From Bacteroidota bacterium (GTDB lineage Bacteria > Bacteroidota > Ignavibacteria > Ignavibacteriales > Ignavibacteriaceae): DNA of 64,000 nucleotides. Each line of letters begins with the position of its first letter. Position 1 is the stretch's first letter. Made by a program: the position numbers and the translations under genes. The notes below the pieces were generated by a model that made no database searches, was not told the origin of the DNA, and saw only the letters and a program-made list of their open reading frames with translations. Positions 26,448 through 35,407 of this stretch are shown piece after piece. The stretch lies in NCBI GenBank assembly GCA_021813585.1, contig JAKAJV010000068.1, positions 3,499-67,498 of the forward strand, given 5' to 3'.

Positions 26448-27785
26448 ATGTGGGAAAAGATTAAAGTTGCCTCGGGAATAATTTTAGCTGCTATTGTTGC
26501 GGGCTTTCTTTTTATGCCTTCTTCAAAAAAGCCTGACGACGGTAAGATTCATCTGCAGTATTGGTACGTCTCCGGAGATAAAGAACAAATTCCATATCAT
26601 GTACGCGAATTCAATTCAAGCCAGGACAGCATAGTTGTAGACTGCACTCCGCTCCCTTGGAACGAGCACGAAAAGAAAATTTTAACGGCTATACTAAGCG
26701 GCAATCCTCCCGATGTTGTGAACCTTGTTTCCCCCGTAGCCAAGTGGGCGTCCAGGTTTGCGCTGGTCCCGCTTGACAGCTTGATGAAAGAAGATTCTTT
26801 CGATTCAACAATTTTTTTCCCATCGCTGTGGGATGAGATGAGATGGAGAAACAGAATTTACGCCGTTCCTCTTTATTCCAACTCGTACGCATTCTTCTAT
26901 AATAAAAGTTTATTTAAAGAAGCCGGTCTAGACCCCAACAAGCCGCCGGTTACTTGGGATCAGGTACTGGAATATTCTTTAAAATTAACTAAGAGGGATG
27001 TAAATGGAAGAATAACCCAGATAGGCTTTATTCCAAACTACGGAAATCTATCAACTGCAATGCTTATGGCGTGGGAATTAGGTGCCAGGTTTTTAACAAA
27101 CGACGGAACGAAGGTGGACCTGGTTAATCCGGCAATGGTAAAGGCTTTAACCTGGGTAACAAACTTTTACAACGTTTATAATTTTAACGATGTTTCGTCT
27201 TTTAAGGCAGGTTTCGGATTCGCCGACCAGCAAGGATTCATTTCTCAAAAAGTTGCTATGATGGTACTGGATAATACCTTTCCCGACCAGATAAAAATTT
27301 ATAATCCCAAATTAAAGTACGGCGTTTCAGTTATTCCTTCATTCAAAGGTTATCCTACTGCTTCATCCTCAGGCAGCTGGTGGCTGGCAATTCCACGAGG
27401 TGCAAAGCATATAAAAGCTGCCTGGCAATTTATGAAGTTTGCCGTGAGGAAGCAGGTACAGCTTAAGGAAGCTGAGATGGAGAAAGTAATTTTATATCCC
27501 GCAAATAAGTATGCTGCAGAAGATTCTTCCTTTATTGGTAATGATTATACTAAAGTAATTTTCAACAAGGAAATGGAATACTCCCATTCTCCGACAATTG
27601 TTCCTTTGGCTCATGACGTCTTTTGGCGTGAGTTTATGGGCGCAAGCGATAGAGCCATAAATAAAATTCAAACACCTGAAGCTGCCTTGATGCAGGCTCA
27701 GTCGGTAATCCAGCAGCAGCTTAACCAGGCAATTGATTACGATAACTACGTACAGAGCAGAATGTCTTTGGAGGAACCCAAATAA
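26448..27785 (+). CDS. ABC transporter substrate-binding protein (carbohydrate, family 1), membrane-anchored
   Basis: 445 aa with an N-terminal TM anchor and typical sugar-SBP length and composition. Two CUT1-type permease genes follow. Confidence 0.85.
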   Translation: MWEKIKVASGIILAAIVAGFLFMPSSKKPDDGKIHLQYWYVSGDKEQIPYHVREFNSSQDSIVVDCTPLPWNEHEKKILTAILSGNPPDVVNLVSPVAKWASRFALVPLDSLMKEDSFDSTIFFPSLWDEMRWRNRIYAVPLYSNSYAFFYNKSLFKEAGLDPNKPPVTWDQVLEYSLKLTKRDVNGRITQIGFIPNYGNLSTAMLMAWELGARFLTNDGTKVDLVNPAMVKALTWVTNFYNVYNFNDVSSFKAGFGFADQQGFISQKVAMMVLDNTFPDQIKIYNPKLKYGVSVIPSFKGYPTASSSGSWWLAIPRGAKHIKAAWQFMKFAVRKQVQLKEAEMEKVILYPANKYAAEDSSFIGNDYTKVIFNKEMEYSHSPTIVPLAHDVFWREFMGASDRAINKIQTPEAALMQAQSVIQQQLNQAIDYDNYVQSRMSLEEPK

Positions 27786-28708
27786 TGGCTGCAAGGAACA
27801 GACAAATAACCAAAAATCCTTTGCAGAGGAAACAAGCATTGCTGGGATACATATTTGTTTCTCCCTGGTTAACCGGCTTTTTAATTTTCGGCTTGTACCC
27901 CATTGTCATGTCGCTTTACTACAGCCTTTGCCATTACGATGTTTTAAGGATTCCGGAGTTTATAGGTTTGAGGAATTATAAAGAGCTTTTGTTTAAGGAT
28001 GATAAGTTCTGGATATCGATTTGGAATACTCTTTTTTATACGGCATTAAGAGTACCGTTAAGTATTATCGGTTCGTTATTGCTGGCTGTTTTGGTAAATA
28101 ATGCAGTTAAGGGAATTAAATTTTTCAGGACCGTTTACTTCGTACCTTCAATAATTACAGGAGTTGTGCTTTCTGTTTTATGGCTGTGGATGTTGAATCC
28201 GCAATACGGATTAATAAACACGCTGCTCGCATTTCTCGGAATTAAGGGTCCGCTATGGCTGATAAATCCCGATTGGTCAAAGCCTTCACTGGTGTTGATG
28301 AGTTTGTGGTCAATCGGGGGCGGAAGGATGCTTGTTTTCCTTGCAGCGTTGCAGGGCATTCCGGATCATCTTTACGAAGTAGTTGAACTGGACGGCGGCG
28401 GCTGGTGGAGTAAATTCCGTTTTGTTACCGTGCCTATGCTATCGCCGGTATTATTCCTGTGGAGCGTTCTGGAGGTTATCTTTTCTTTCCAGGTTTTTGT
28501 GGAAGCTTATGTAATGACGCAGGGAGGTCCGCTTAATTCAACTTTATTTTATAACCTTTACCTTTACAACAAAGCCTTCGATGACTTTGAAATGGGTTAC
28601 GCTTCGGCAATGGCGTGGATTCTACTGATATTAACTCTAATAATTACGATGATTCAATTCAAGTTGAGCAAAAGGTGGGTTTACTACGAAGGAGGGAGGA
28701 TTAATTGA
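27785..28708 (+). CDS. Carbohydrate ABC transporter permease (MalF-like)
   Basis: 307 aa with 6 TM helices and an EAA-loop region. Confidence 0.9.
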   Translation: MAARNRQITKNPLQRKQALLGYIFVSPWLTGFLIFGLYPIVMSLYYSLCHYDVLRIPEFIGLRNYKELLFKDDKFWISIWNTLFYTALRVPLSIIGSLLLAVLVNNAVKGIKFFRTVYFVPSIITGVVLSVLWLWMLNPQYGLINTLLAFLGIKGPLWLINPDWSKPSLVLMSLWSIGGGRMLVFLAALQGIPDHLYEVVELDGGGWWSKFRFVTVPMLSPVLFLWSVLEVIFSFQVFVEAYVMTQGGPLNSTLFYNLYLYNKAFDDFEMGYASAMAWILLILTLIITMIQFKLSKRWVYYEGGRIN

Positions 28709-29550
28709 GCAAAAGCTACCGCGCGAAAAAAATTTACATGAAAGTTTCGGTCTACTTTTTACTGGCTGTATTCGCTGCTTTCTTTATAATCCCTTTCTTA
28801 TGGATTGTCTCTACATCGCTCAAAGGTGAGTCCCAGGTGTTTGCAATGCCTCCCCGGTGGATCCCTGAAGTGCTGCGTTGGGATAATTATGCAAAAGTAT
28901 TCGACAGAATGCCGTTCCTTGTCTATTTAAAAAATTCGGTTTTCATTTCTGCCGTTTCAATTATCGGAGTTGTTCTGTCCAGCTCGATAGTTGCCTACGC
29001 ATTCAGCAATTTAAGATGGCCCGGAAGGGATGCGCTCTTTATTTTTGTTCTGGCTACCATGATGCTTCCGATGCAGGTTACCATGATACCGCTGTTTGTT
29101 TTGTTTAAGGATTTGCACTGGTTGAATACTTTCAAGCCTCTTACAGTGCCTGCGTTTTTCGGCGGAGGGGCATTCAATATTTTCCTTCTCAGGCAATTCT
29201 TTTTAACAATACCTAAAGACCTGTTGGATTCTGCCAGGATTGACGGCTGCTCAGAATTTAAAATTTACTGGAAGATTGTACTTCCGCTGGCTAAACCTGC
29301 GCTTGCTACTGTTGCTATTCTAACATTTATGTTTACCTGGAACGATTTTCTGGGCCCCCTTATTTATTTGTCGGATAAGATGAAAGGCACTCTTGCATTG
29401 GGTGTCGGTATGTTCGTCGGCCAGCATCTTACCGAATGGTCGCTGCTGATGGCTGCATCCGTAATGATGATGATTCCGATGATTCTAATCTTCTTCTTGT
29501 TCCAGAAATATTTTATACAGGGCTTTACCATGAGCGGACTGAAGGAATGA
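28705..29550 (+). CDS. Carbohydrate ABC transporter permease (MalG-like)
   Basis: 281 aa. The EAA loop is DSARIDGCSEFKIYWKIVLPLAKPAL. Confidence 0.9.
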   Translation: MSKSYRAKKIYMKVSVYFLLAVFAAFFIIPFLWIVSTSLKGESQVFAMPPRWIPEVLRWDNYAKVFDRMPFLVYLKNSVFISAVSIIGVVLSSSIVAYAFSNLRWPGRDALFIFVLATMMLPMQVTMIPLFVLFKDLHWLNTFKPLTVPAFFGGGAFNIFLLRQFFLTIPKDLLDSARIDGCSEFKIYWKIVLPLAKPALATVAILTFMFTWNDFLGPLIYLSDKMKGTLALGVGMFVGQHLTEWSLLMAASVMMMIPMILIFFLFQKYFIQGFTMSGLKE

Positions 29551-32500
29551 TTGTAATGAATCTTGTTAAAAATATTTTTTACTCCTACGGATTAGTAATG
29601 AAATACACGAAAGTTTTATTTGCGGTTTCGTTTTGGCTCTTCATACTTGCACTATTTAATCCTGTTATGTACGCCGGAGTAACGGGTAAAATTCACGGTA
29701 AAGTAATTGATAAGAAGACGCACGAGCCTTTACCGGGTGTGAACATAATTATTGAAGGAACCTTGATGGGAGCGGCAACTGATTTTAACGGAGAATATTT
29801 TATCCTCCAGGTACCACCCGGCAATTATACTCTTAAAGCCTCGATGGTAGGTTATCAGGCGGTTATTGTTAAAGACGTCCGCGTAATTGTCGATCATACT
29901 ACTTCAATTAACTTCGAACTGGAAGAGCAGTCAATTCAACTGAAGAAAGAAGTAGTTGTAACTGCCAAAAGGCCGATCATCCAAAAGGACGTTACTTCGA
30001 GCACGCAATTTATTGAAGCAAGGCAGCTAACCGAATTACCCATAACTGATACTAAACAGGGACTCATGGTTCAAGCCGGAGTATTTCTTGATCCGATCCC
30101 TGTTGTAGGCGGGCTGGGCTCGGCAGGGAGAGGTGAAGTAAGGTTCTCGGTGCGCGGCGGCAGCCAGGACCAAGTTAAATGGTATGTTGACGGTGTTAGA
30201 ATGTCTACATTAGTTGCAGGGCGTGCAGACTGGGGAACAAAATTCGATAATATAAATTTAAATGCCGTTCAGGAAATTCAAATGATGACCGGCGGATTTA
30301 ATGCAGAGTACGGTGAAGCCGAGTCCGGCATTATTAACGTTGTTACGAAGGAAGGAGCCGATCAATTCCACGGCTCTGCGGAATATATTTACGGCGTTCC
30401 CGGTCAGCATCATTTTGGAAATTATTTGTACGACCGTTATACCGAAAAAGAATTTTTGGACCACACATTGCCTAATGGACAGATAGACCCGAATTGGTTG
30501 ACGCCTTATAGGCAGAGCCAAATTTATGATTATAGGAAAATTCCGGATAATACGGTTAACCTAAGCTTGAGCGGTCCTCTGTTCAAATTGAACGGCAACG
30601 CGGTAAGGTTCTTTTTGTCCGGCCAGATTGAAAGCCTGGCCTACGACCTTCCGCATCCGAGAGATACTAAGAATAACGACAATATGCTTTTCAATTTCGC
30701 TTATCAAAATAAAAGCTCAAAATTAAAATTGGAAGGTATATATAACCATTATGCATACAGCACGCTGCAGGAAAACGGAGAGTTTACAAATCAGGCTAAA
30801 TACTACCGAGGCTGGGGATCGCTTCTCGATCTTTATACATATAACCTAAGCGCCAACTGGACTGACGTAATAACACAAAAATTATTTTACGAGCTAAAGC
30901 TTAGTTATTTTTTTGACGACTTTCATGAAGGGCCGAGCCCGTATACCATACTTGGGCAGAGTCTGCATCCCACTCTCTTCGGATTTGAGAGATATAACGG
31001 ATACGAGAATGAGCCATTCGATCAGTACGCGCCCGTAATTAAAAATCATATCGGTACCGGCGATGTATCCTTAGTTGGTGATGTAAACTGGCAGCTTGAC
31101 GATAACAATCTTGCTAAAGCCGGTTTTGAGTTTAGGTACGATACCTATGCCGAATATGAAAATACCCGTTACCCGTCTTTTACTACGGATCCGAGATATT
31201 GGATTAACCGAGGATTGGACCAGACGTATCATCCGCTGCAATTTTCAGGTTATCTCCAGGATAAGATGGAATTTGAGAGCATGATACTTAATGTGGGAGT
31301 AAGGCTGGATTATTTCGATCCGAATAGGAATTGGTTCGTGCCGACAAACCTATTTAATCTTGCCATCGATCCTTTATACAATCAGGCAAAGGATCCCGAC
31401 CTTGATCAGGTAGATTCGGCCGGGCATGTAAAATATTCCTTCCAAAATGTTTTAAATAAGCCGATGGCTCCCGCAAAATCTTACTTGATGATCAGTCCAC
31501 GTTTCGGCGTATCCTTCCCGATTACTGAGAACACTCTGCTGCATTTTAACTATGGTCACTTCTATCAACTGCCGCCGCTAGATGAAATGTTTGAGTTCTT
31601 ATATTTCAGGCCTGTTAATTTAGTGCAGGCAATTATGCAGGAAGACCAGCTGGCGCAACAGCAGGGCAGAGCGCCCAGGCATATCCCATCCAACGACGGT
31701 AATCCGGAAAGAGTTACTGCATACACAGTAGAGCCGTTGAAGCCGCAGAAGACCGTTATGTTTGAAGTGGGTGTTAAGCATAACTTTAATGATATTGCAG
31801 TGCTTGATATTACTGCATATTATAAGGATTCCTTTAATCAGACTTCGGAGCGCGTAGGCCTGTTCGACAGGTTTATTTACGGGTACAATCCGTTTACCAA
31901 CCAGGTCTCGCCAAACCAGTCGTTCACAAGTTACCTGCCCGGCGACTACGGGGATTCAAGAGGTATTGAAGTTACGCTGCGTACACTTTTCAGTAAGCTG
32001 TTTACTGTAGATCTGAACTACAGTTTCTCCAGAGCAACTTCAGGCAGAGCCAGTCCTAGAACAGTTACTTTCGATCAGTATGGGAATATAACCTACCAGT
32101 GGGATACCGACGTTAATAAACGTATACCGGTGGAAGAAAGTTTTAGCCGTCCGCAAATGCTTAGAGCTAATCTTTATGTCCGTTTCCCGGATGAGCTGGG
32201 TGAAAAGTTTCCACTCAATTTATTGAAAGGAACCAGTGCAAGCTTCCTTTACAGCTATATAAGCGGACAGGCATTTACATATTTAACGCCGACCGATCCG
32301 CCGGATACTTATGATAATTATAGGTATCCGCCTTATCAATCCGTAGATTTCCGATTCGATAAGAACATAGTAATTGCCGGCATCCATAATTTCGATTTTT
32401 ACGTACGAATAACAAATTTGTTTAACGCTAAAAATGTTCAGTCGATAGGTGATGTTGTCTTTGACGCAAATGCAATTAAAAAATACGTGGATAGCGGGCA

Positions 32501-32594
32501 GGTTTCAACAGTGGATGCCGGCGGCTACGATATAAGCTGGCAGACCTATTATGAAACTAGAAGATTTTATTTGGGAGTGAAGTACAGTTTCTAA
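29547..32594 (+). CDS. TonB-dependent receptor with an N-terminal carboxypeptidase-regulatory-like domain
   Basis: GKIHGKVIDKKTHEPLPGVNIIIEGT...GNYTLKASMVGY is the CarbopepD_reg pattern, followed by plug and barrel, with a terminal ...GVKYSF. The ATG at 29547 overlaps the upstream stop (ATGA). The ORF extension back to 29436 is probably not translated. Confidence 0.85.
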   Translation: MIVMNLVKNIFYSYGLVMKYTKVLFAVSFWLFILALFNPVMYAGVTGKIHGKVIDKKTHEPLPGVNIIIEGTLMGAATDFNGEYFILQVPPGNYTLKASMVGYQAVIVKDVRVIVDHTTSINFELEEQSIQLKKEVVVTAKRPIIQKDVTSSTQFIEARQLTELPITDTKQGLMVQAGVFLDPIPVVGGLGSAGRGEVRFSVRGGSQDQVKWYVDGVRMSTLVAGRADWGTKFDNINLNAVQEIQMMTGGFNAEYGEAESGIINVVTKEGADQFHGSAEYIYGVPGQHHFGNYLYDRYTEKEFLDHTLPNGQIDPNWLTPYRQSQIYDYRKIPDNTVNLSLSGPLFKLNGNAVRFFLSGQIESLAYDLPHPRDTKNNDNMLFNFAYQNKSSKLKLEGIYNHYAYSTLQENGEFTNQAKYYRGWGSLLDLYTYNLSANWTDVITQKLFYELKLSYFFDDFHEGPSPYTILGQSLHPTLFGFERYNGYENEPFDQYAPVIKNHIGTGDVSLVGDVNWQLDDNNLAKAGFEFRYDTYAEYENTRYPSFTTDPRYWINRGLDQTYHPLQFSGYLQDKMEFESMILNVGVRLDYFDPNRNWFVPTNLFNLAIDPLYNQAKDPDLDQVDSAGHVKYSFQNVLNKPMAPAKSYLMISPRFGVSFPITENTLLHFNYGHFYQLPPLDEMFEFLYFRPVNLVQAIMQEDQLAQQQGRAPRHIPSNDGNPERVTAYTVEPLKPQKTVMFEVGVKHNFNDIAVLDITAYYKDSFNQTSERVGLFDRFIYGYNPFTNQVSPNQSFTSYLPGDYGDSRGIEVTLRTLFSKLFTVDLNYSFSRATSGRASPRTVTFDQYGNITYQWDTDVNKRIPVEESFSRPQMLRANLYVRFPDELGEKFPLNLLKGTSASFLYSYISGQAFTYLTPTDPPDTYDNYRYPPYQSVDFRFDKNIVIAGIHNFDFYVRITNLFNAKNVQSIGDVVFDANAIKKYVDSGQVSTVDAGGYDISWQTYYETRRFYLGVKYSF

Positions 32595-32616
32595 ATGAAT
32601 AAAAGAGATTTTAAAA

Positions 32617-34446
32617 ATGAAAAAATGGTTTAATCTAATTTTAAGAATATTACCCGTTTTAGTTGTAAGCCGGCTGTGCTTTCCTCAGGCGAGGAATGCG
32701 GAGTTCCTGCTTCACGACCGGGGTAATTTGTGGGAGACTATGAAGGACGACGGCACAATCGGAGCTCCCGATCCTACAAACAGATTTCAGTTTTATCCCA
32801 GCATGGACTGGCCCGGCGGACCTCATGTTCTTAATAAAGATGACCAGCGGTCTTACATGCTTGGGGCGGGGATATGGATGGGCGGAAAGAAAAGCGATGG
32901 CAGCATTTTCTTTACGGAGAACGGACCTTTCTCATACGTCGATAGAGGAACGTTCGATAAAATTCAGGAAGTTAATAACTTTGACGGTTCTCAGGGCTAT
33001 AATCCAAATGAAGCGGAACAAAAAATTACCGCTCACTTTGTAACTACCGAAAATATTTCCGTGCAGAGAGTAAGCCGCGCGTGGAGTTTCCCGGGGCTTA
33101 ATAATTTTATTATCATTGAGTACACGATTACCAATGAAAATTCTTATTCCGTATCCGATTTTTATGCGGGCTTTGTCTATTTAATCCGGCCAAGCTACCA
33201 GGATTTTGTAGTACATAACGGCTGGGGCGATGATTTTAACCGCACCGATGACTATGTAGCTTACGATTCTACCAGGCACCTGTTATACTCTTGGGACGAC
33301 ACTCCGAACTTCAGTCTTCCAAGCGATGTAGGTAATTATTATGCGCCTGCAAACGAGCTTAGAACTCCCGGTTACGCCGGCTTCTCAATCCTTTATGCCG
33401 ATCCGGCTTCAGATGGAAGACCGCAGCCGTCAAATGTTTTCTGGGCTCAGATTCTAAACAACGAACAGTATTTGTCTGTAGTAAGTTCTACGCCGGATAA
33501 AATGTACGCTATATTAACCGGTGCAGATAAATCCCTGCAGGCTAAGCCGGGCGACCATTTGTCTCCCTTAATGTTAATGTCCGACGGTCCTTATAATCTT
33601 AAGCCCGGCGCTTCAATAAAAATTGTTGTTGCCGAAGGAGTAAATGGAATCCCGCTTTCTGTTGCGCTGCAAGGTCTGGCGGCTCAAAAATATTTACCTG
33701 CGGGATTGGATTCGCTTAAAAGTACAATCGATCTTTCAGGGAAGGTTTACGGGAACAATTATCATCTCTCGGCAGTGCCGCCGCCTTCACCCTATCTTCA
33801 AGTAATTGCACAGCCCAGCACAAAATCAATCGCTTTAACATGGCCGCCGGTTGAACAAAACTACGTAAATCCGTTAACGGGTAAAAATAACTTTGCAGGA
33901 TATAATATCTACAAGAGCGATCATTCCTTTATCGGACCGTACACTTTGATAAGGACCATTAAGCCGGGCAGGAGCTTTGATGTGGCCACATATTTTGACG
34001 ATCTTAATAACAAGTGGGTCTACGAGGATAAAAACATCAGCATTGGCGCGGGATATTTTTATGCAGTCACCTCATTCGACAGTTCCGGAAATGAAAGCTG
34101 GCTGACCAATAGGAACGAAACCGCTGTACAGGCTGCAAGATATGCAGCGGCAAATGCCCTTAATATTAAAGTCTTCCCGAACCCGTTTAAGATAGTTTCG
34201 GGATTTCCAACAAGCGGCTCTGAAAACAATATTGTCTGGACGAATCTTCCGGCGCAATGCACGATAAGGATTTATACAAGCAGCGGCGAGAGAGTTAGAA
34301 CTTTAACTCACGACGATCCTAATTCAGGCGAAGAGACGTGGGACCAGTTAACCGATGCAAGGCAGCGTACTGCACCCGGTATTTATTTCTGGACGGTTGA
34401 ATCGAATGTAGGCAGCGCCAAAGGCACCTTGATAATTATTAAGTAA
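32617..34446 (+). CDS. Secreted hypothetical protein with a T9SS C-terminal sorting domain
   Basis: 609 aa with a signal peptide. The C-terminus is KVFPNPFKI...GIYFWTVES...GTLIIIK. It directly follows the TBDR gene. Confidence 0.7.
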   Translation: MKKWFNLILRILPVLVVSRLCFPQARNAEFLLHDRGNLWETMKDDGTIGAPDPTNRFQFYPSMDWPGGPHVLNKDDQRSYMLGAGIWMGGKKSDGSIFFTENGPFSYVDRGTFDKIQEVNNFDGSQGYNPNEAEQKITAHFVTTENISVQRVSRAWSFPGLNNFIIIEYTITNENSYSVSDFYAGFVYLIRPSYQDFVVHNGWGDDFNRTDDYVAYDSTRHLLYSWDDTPNFSLPSDVGNYYAPANELRTPGYAGFSILYADPASDGRPQPSNVFWAQILNNEQYLSVVSSTPDKMYAILTGADKSLQAKPGDHLSPLMLMSDGPYNLKPGASIKIVVAEGVNGIPLSVALQGLAAQKYLPAGLDSLKSTIDLSGKVYGNNYHLSAVPPPSPYLQVIAQPSTKSIALTWPPVEQNYVNPLTGKNNFAGYNIYKSDHSFIGPYTLIRTIKPGRSFDVATYFDDLNNKWVYEDKNISIGAGYFYAVTSFDSSGNESWLTNRNETAVQAARYAAANALNIKVFPNPFKIVSGFPTSGSENNIVWTNLPAQCTIRIYTSSGERVRTLTHDDPNSGEETWDQLTDARQRTAPGIYFWTVESNVGSAKGTLIIIK

Positions 34447-34456
34447 AGGTTTTTAA

Positions 34457-35407
34457 ATGAAGAAAAGCATCCTTACAGTTGTACTGGTTTCTTTATTTGT
34501 CTTTAATCCGGAATTATCTGCACAGTTAAATTACGGATTCACTTTTTCCAAAGCCGGATCGGCCGGGCTGCAGTTCCTGAAGATTGGAGTAGGTGCCAGG
34601 GAGACCGGCATGGGCGAGGCTGTTTCCGGGACTATTAAAGATGCAGATGCAGTATTCTGGAATGTTGCCGGTTTAGCTTACGTTGAAAACAAGCAAGTGA
34701 ATGTCTCGTATGATCAATGGCTTGTTGAAAGCCGGCATAGCGCAGCAGTTGCTGCATTTCCTTTTAATTCTTTTGTAGTAGCAGTAAGTGCAGTTTCATT
34801 ATCTATAAAAGATTTTGAAGAAACAACGGCGCAGCAGCCGGACGGGACGGGAAGAATGGTAAGCGCCGGAGACATACTTGTCGGTCTTGCGGTAGCCAGG
34901 AGGTTTACGGATAAGCTTTCAATAGGTCTCCAGTTAAAATATGTAAGCGAGAAGCTGGATAACTATTCGATAGGGAATGTACTGTTTGACGTAGGTACAA
35001 TTTATAATACAGGCTTTCACGATCTTCACCTGGGATTTTCACTTCAGCATTTCGGGCCGGATATGAAGATCGTAGATCAAGTTTACAGAACTCCGCTGCT
35101 GTTCAGGCTCAGCGCGGGCGATAATATAATTCGCACGGAAGATTTTAACCTGCTTACCGAAGTGGATTTAATCCATCCAACGGATAATAACGAATGGGTA
35201 AACTGCGGAGTGGAAGGAAGGTTTTTAAAAATAGTAGCTCTAAGAGCCGGATACAGGTTCAGCAGGGATATAGGCAATGTTTCCTTCGGGATCGGTGTTG
35301 TTCCTCCGGCGCTCGGGTTCTTAAATGCTAAGGTAGATTATTCCTTTGTTCCATACGGAAATATTTTCGGAGATATACACAGGATTTCGCTTGGACTGTC
35401 GTTTTAA
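34457..35407 (+). CDS. PorV/PorQ-family outer membrane beta-barrel
   Basis: 316 aa. GARETGMGEAVSG...DADAVFWNVAGLA is the PorV-family N-terminal signature. Confidence 0.75.
   Translation: MKKSILTVVLVSLFVFNPELSAQLNYGFTFSKAGSAGLQFLKIGVGARETGMGEAVSGTIKDADAVFWNVAGLAYVENKQVNVSYDQWLVESRHSAAVAAFPFNSFVVAVSAVSLSIKDFEETTAQQPDGTGRMVSAGDILVGLAVARRFTDKLSIGLQLKYVSEKLDNYSIGNVLFDVGTIYNTGFHDLHLGFSLQHFGPDMKIVDQVYRTPLLFRLSAGDNIIRTEDFNLLTEVDLIHPTDNNEWVNCGVEGRFLKIVALRAGYRFSRDIGNVSFGIGVVPPALGFLNAKVDYSFVPYGNIFGDIHRISLGLSF

Noticed and set aside
29436-29546. N-terminal extension of the TonB-dependent receptor ORF (MVAADGCIRNDDDSDD...)
   Set aside because: It overlaps the 3' end of the MalG-like permease gene in another frame and has no signal-peptide character. 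The ATG at 29547 (ATGA overlap) or the ATG at 29556 precedes a proper hydrophobic leader.
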